Assembly (NCBI GenBank): GCA_024679065.1 | Contig: JAGIQG010000027.1 | Coordinates: 4,526,001-4,590,000 of the forward strand | DNA from: Sphyrna mokarran | Lineage: Eukaryota | Reading direction: 5' to 3' | Length of the DNA stretch: 64,000 nucleotides | Shown: piece by piece, positions 58,560-64,000 of the stretch | Position numbering within the stretch: position 1 is the first letter of the stretch | Layout of the letters: every line of letters begins with the position of its first letter | Notes under the pieces: model-generated | What the model was told of the DNA's origin: nothing | What the model saw: the letters and a program-made list of their open reading frames with translations, nothing else | Database searches by the model: none | Made by a program: the position numbers and the translations under genes

Positions 58560-61500
58560 TAAACGTTTGGACCCCTTGTTCAATTAGATTACTGCCTCAA
58601 ATACACAATCTCCCTAAATTTTGCGGATTTTTAGCCAAGGTAGTGACTTAACCAGAATATGTCATTGACTCAATCCAAAGTAATCAGGGATGTATTCAAT
58701 CCCATTATATGGGCATCACATTCTTTATTCCATAATTAACCTCTTTGCTGACATCATTAGTGCAGTATTACCAGGAAGTCATCTGCTGTATATTACTGGG
58801 AAATTCTAACCCCTCTATATGTTATAACGGATTACGAGATATTGTAATAAATATTAGTCCCATTACTTAAGGAAGGTCGCGACATTAATTTCTCAGAACC
58901 CTAATTGGTAATCAAGAAATAGATTAAATTCGTGCAAATATAATTTCTGGCTCGTTATCAAGAATCATCGATTGTGGAAGAAAAAGGTTTATTTTCTGAA
59001 GTTGATTCTAGATTTCTATTTTGCTGATAAAGCTCAATAAAGTGAATTGACTTAATCTCTTGTTGACTTTCAGTCTCTCCTCTTGCAAGTGCCTGATGTG
59101 GTTTTAATAATGTGCACACACGCTCAGAGTGCACAGCCTCCAAATACGCTGTGAATTACCATCTGTTTTCCTTCAAATAGATTTTACTGAACTCAGATAT
59201 TTACACAGTGATAACCTTTCAACTCAACACGTCCATAAAAGGATTGTATTGTATTTTCACTTCGATAAAAGAAACAATAGCCCAAGAATAGTTTTGGAGC
59301 CGGAGGCAGGTCCGTCACAAACACCGAACCCGGGCACCTACTGAGATTTGAGTTATCCTTGAAAGTCTTATTGTCATTTTACTATGTTCTTACATATTTT
59401 TCTTATGTGAATCGTTTGAAACCCGATGTAGACATTCTGCTGCTTCGTTGGTCCTGTACTCGAGGGTTCTGCAATGCAAAAATATTCCTTTTTATAGTAG
59501 TTTAACATTTATATTTTTCATCATGCAATGAACTTTTCTCTGTTTTCTAAGGCGATCAAGGTCGAAGTCAGAATCGAGCGCTTCAAGTCTGTCACAAGCT
59601 TTATTCTTGAATATACGCATATATTAAACATTTATATATCAGCTCCTGACACCGGCTTTTCCCAGTATTAACAGTGATTAATTTTCTGCTTTCTTGCTGT
59701 CTCTGTCGATGTTCATTGAATCTCGTGTTCTGCACCTGTAAGGTCACTGTCAACGGCTCATGAAAATCCGACCTCTTCTCGTTACTTGTGGATCAATGAG
59801 TTCAACCCTCTGCCAAGCATTTGACAACTTGGAGATGGTCCCTAAGGTTTGGGGGATAGCTAAGTGAAATATTACGCTATGACACTCAATATGTAACATT
59901 AATAGGATCCAGTTTATTTCCGTAATTATCGCACGATGTTCTGTTCCACACTATTAGATATTTTTCATGATAAATCTTTCTTGACTCGGTCATTTTACAA
60001 TTGAGATCATCTGGCTGTAGTTAGTCAATGACGCCCAATACCTGGATATTGTAAAGTTAAGCAAATCTCGGTGAAGATGGTAGAAATGTAGGAAAACTTT
60101 TCCAAGTGTAATAACTAAAAGTTGCAATGCAAAGAAAAATGCTGTTTCGGCAGCCATGTATACCAAGTCAGATAGTAAGTGTTGTTGAGATAGCTATTTA
60201 TATTCATTTAAACGTTAGAATGCATAAAAGATACATAAATAACATGATTATTTGTATAGGAGTGTATCAACAGACAAAATAAAACATATCCATTATCTTG
60301 TAGTCTGCAGCTATACCTATCCGAGGGTTGTACATAAATATTACCTATATATTTATATCTGCTTTTGTATATCTGGAGATTTCTATTTGTCTCTAATTTG
60401 CAAGTGTTCCAATACTCAATGGCGATGGTTGACTGAAAACTTACTTAAGAAAGGCGAATGAAATTGTGCAAAAAGATCAAATTATTACTGTTACTGACTG
60501 CCTTGATACGGGGGACAATCGGAGTCAGATCACTTTCAGATTAACAAACCAGAAATTACAATCTCACTGGTGCTCCAGTATCGCTGCTAAATATTCCAAG
60601 GTTGCGACGATTAACATGACTTTGGAAAATCTGGGAAAATTTAAACAATTAAACGTTGAATGCCGTCAGTAGGACCAATAGTAGCAGGGATGAAATAACC
60701 TCATTGGACTTCTGCTAGACGGTAAAACAGCGCAGGCTTAATTTTGCCTGGATTTCCTGGAACTTTGCTTGTATGAAACGCGACTGATTGTACATGGGAT
60801 AATTATTTACCAAACATACATGTTTTCTCGTTATATTCGGGGTGAAAGATTGCTTTGTTAATGAAAAAGTGGAGAATATTGATAGTGTGAGTATATAAAT
60901 GAGCATTCAAATGTAGAATTAAAGCTAAACTCGCTTCCCATCATTGCCCAGAACCCCTGATACAAAACATAGTACATGGTGCCAATGCCTCCTGAGGAAA
61001 CTATTCACCTTTTGAAGGCCTATCAATACATTGGCTATTGTTTAAACCTTCCGTTACTAATTTTAGTAGAATGGAGACTAGGAAATGTGCAGCAACACTG
61101 TATTAGGAAATTGACATTAATTCAACCTCAAAACTAAAGTGAGATTATTAACTCGTGTTAACTCTGGAAGCAGATACCCTTATAAAGTGCAATAGGTTCT
61201 GAAGTTAGAATCGAAAACGAACACAAGTTTCAAGGCTTTCACTGGTAATATCTGTACCTGGTGCCAAAAACTGAAGGAACGCTCTCTGCTTCGAATTGTC
61301 CTAATGTATGAGCCCCACTGGTGAGAATAAAAATAGCACTATCCACTGTCCCATACTTCATAATTGTACATATCAGAATAGGTTCAGTTACAATCAGATT
61401 CCATAAATACAATATATACCGTTATGGAAACGAAACTTAAATGGTTCCAAAATAATTAGGAAAAATACATGCTAAAAAGGTACTACCAAACATTTTCATT

Positions 61501-63650
61501 GTTCTCTACCTCTAATTTGATCAGGAAATTTGAGAATAAACTAAAATGTTTGAAATGAAGCCTTCCATTTTCCATGTATTCCACTATTCCTGTGCTCACT
61601 TGATGATTTATTTCCAATAACATTTATTCATCTTCCACTCACTGGAGAGCGAGTTACTTCTGGTTTTCAAATATAAAATCGTGTAATAATTTGATGTTTA
61701 ATTTCTTACCTTGAAAAGGTCTTTGGATGAGGGAAACCGTGCGAGGTTTGTGTGTACATGTGTATAAAGTATCAAAACTTAACCTTTCGACAAGACCACC
61801 TGCACGTTTAGTGTTTTAGGGGCTAGTGGCTTTCGCTAACCACATATTTCAGTGTGAATGCCTTTATATAAATAACATACATTGGTTTAGAATTCCTCTT
61901 GTGCTGTAAGTCATGTGTTTGGGTCAGTCTGTAATACTTTGAGAAAAGATTTGGATTTTTTTAAAATATTGAACATTTTAGGATGTTATTCTTTGTCGCA
62001 GCATTTCAGATTGAGTGCAAACATTTATCGACTGCCTTAACAACTGGAAGAACGCAAGTAGATAAAAGCAAATTCACTAAAAAAAACATCCTTAAGTTGT
62101 TTTATTAAATAGCCCTTTTTGGCGTAGATACTGACGTGAGACATTAGGATTCTCTATATAATGTCCAGTGCTGATTAGACCAATTTAAGACTGTTGATTA
62201 CAGACGATAAAGACTTATGTATTTTTAAATGAATATAACAGCTGCTTCAAAAATAAGATTAGAGCACATCTCGAATTGTGGATTTGATCATATTGCACAT
62301 GTAATTTTAGAATTAAGTTTGAGTTCCTTGCTCTCGCCGTTAAGTTTTGGAATATGAAATACAATACTAACTTTGGAGTTCAAGACTTGCAATATATCTG
62401 CTAAATATCAGAGTGATAGGATTCGAGTTATCTTTGTGGGATACATGATTGCAGACGAGCATTGCATTCGGGTTTTAAATGGGATGTGGTCGGAGGGACA
62501 TATTTATTGGGATGTCGGATTCTGAGTACAATGAGGACTATGGATATTTGGATATTCTTTCGATCCACTGCTCCGTTAGAGAAATGTTATGCCACAATCG
62601 GTGCAGGTGTTCCCAATTTTGAGTACCAGCACCGGGGTTTATCAGTTTCTGTTCCCCAAGCTCTCGTCATAGCAGGAGGGCGATCTGAGAAGTAGAAATG
62701 GAGATCGCCACATTATACTGTTTACGAGTTAGGAATTTTCGTCGCTGCGATCAATTTCAAATGACCAACAGATCTTGATTTCCACAGTGCTCTGTCAGTT
62801 ATTGGAAATGTATTTTAGGCAAAGTGTACACTCTCCTCGAAATTTATTTAATTCGTTAAACTTATCTTTCACTATCCTTTTCTGTACTAATAAAGAGAGA
62901 AGTTATGTAGGGATTGCCACCTATTAAGAGATAGGATGTAAATGTGTATCTATTTATCAATTTTTATGTGCTTGTGGAAATCTCGGATAATCGAGGATTT
63001 TCAATCAGTGTAATTTATGTATTTGTCTATTTATTTGCCCAGCAACATTTGGAGGAAGTTCCTTGGACGTATGTTTTGTAAGGAATAATAAAATATGGTT
63101 TCAGTGATGTATCTGTAGAATTTCTTGACCACCTCTTGTTGACAGGGTACTTTAGTCGGGAATGCAATAAGACCTCCTTCCGGAGGCACTTGTTTGTTTA
63201 TGCGGGTTTCTATGCAAATAACGGTGGTGGGAGCAATCGGACTCCGAGGTGAGAGATATGAACTGGCTGGTTCTCCTCGGGCACGCTGCATCTCTAACAC
63301 ATAGTTCCTGACAACGGGTGCAAGGGTTGCAGACAGTTTGAAGTATTTAGATTCCTTATCTGCAGTGTACATAAAGATTGGAATTAAAACGAATTAATAA
63401 TGATTCACAGAGGGATTACGATGTAAAAAATACCTTCCGGTGCAAAAATAGCAAACCCATCAGAGACTATGTTCCACGTTACATCGCAAAGGGTGTTAAC
63501 AAACTTGTGCCAATCTATATTATATATGTACATAACCTATTCATATGCAATGTGTTTGCCTGTATATATAATATATAAAATTAAATGCACAATATTTGCA
63601 AAATATATAGCATATTCATATTTGTGTACACTAGTTATGTATATATACAT
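58560..63650. promoter_or_regulatory. Repeat-free, CpG-undepleted domain (putative non-methylated regulatory region)
   Basis: Manual count: ~21 CpG in 59221-59820 versus ~3 in 4321-4920; no recognisable TE over ~5 kb. Confidence 0.55.
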
Positions 63651-63699
63651 ATAAGATGTGAGGAAACTCATATGGAGTAGAAACAGCGGCATTGACCAT

Positions 63700-63990
63700 T
63701 TCGGCTTTATTGCACAGAGATCGGCTATTCGGTCCAACGGGTCAATGCCAGTATTTATGCTTTACAGAGTCCTCTTTTCACCTTCCATCACCTAACCCAA
63801 TCAAAGTATCCTTATATTTTTTCTCCCTCATGTCCACATCTCAAATATACTTTCCCTCAAAATGTTCTCCCTCAAATGCATTTATACGATTTGCTTCAAC
63901 CGTTCCCCATTCACACCTCTCTCTGGGTAAAGGTGTTTGAAGGTGTTTTTTCTCTGAGTTTCCTATTGGTCTTATTGGTGACTATCTTAT
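63700..63990 (-). mobile_element. Old CR1 3' end
   Basis: ggctattcggtccaac..cctctctctgggtaaagg..tttcctattgg..gtgactatcttatatttatgg. Confidence 0.55.
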
Positions 63991-64000
63991 ATTTATGGTC

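Noticed and set aside
61704-61800. Strong minus-strand splice donor (AAG/GTAAGA at ~61710) with a possible ~90-nt exon
   Set aside because: The acceptor is weak, the one open frame resembles no known protein, and no partner exons were found.
1-64000. CRISPR arrays, operons or other prokaryotic systems
   Set aside because: No regularly spaced repeats and no gene-dense coding sequence; the window is vertebrate intergenic or intronic DNA.

Overview
This is vertebrate non-coding DNA, very probably from a cartilaginous fish (shark), judged by its repeat content: HE1/V-domain SINEs, Deu-domain SINEs, CR1, L2 and Rex/Babar LINE fragments, and GGG-terminal MITEs. I can support no host protein-coding exon. 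The only ORFs I recognise are C-terminal ORF2 fragments of LINEs. The most notable features are: (1) five Penelope-like (PLE) fold-back insertions with 10-12 bp target-site duplications (TSDs), each carrying a minimal hammerhead ribozyme core (CUGACGA...GAAA-GC-UH) whose stem II varies in sequence but stays paired, plus an older second hammerhead palindrome family; (2) a young CR1 LINE whose 3'UTR contains a captured V-SINE; (3) a 187-bp solo LTR; (4) three local templated duplications; (5) several repeat-free blocks with Pbx-Hox/Meis motifs, and a ~5 kb AT-rich but CpG-undepleted, repeat-free domain at the right end, which suggest a developmental-gene regulatory landscape. Family names come from recalled consensus motifs, not from database searches, and boundaries of decayed repeats are approximate.
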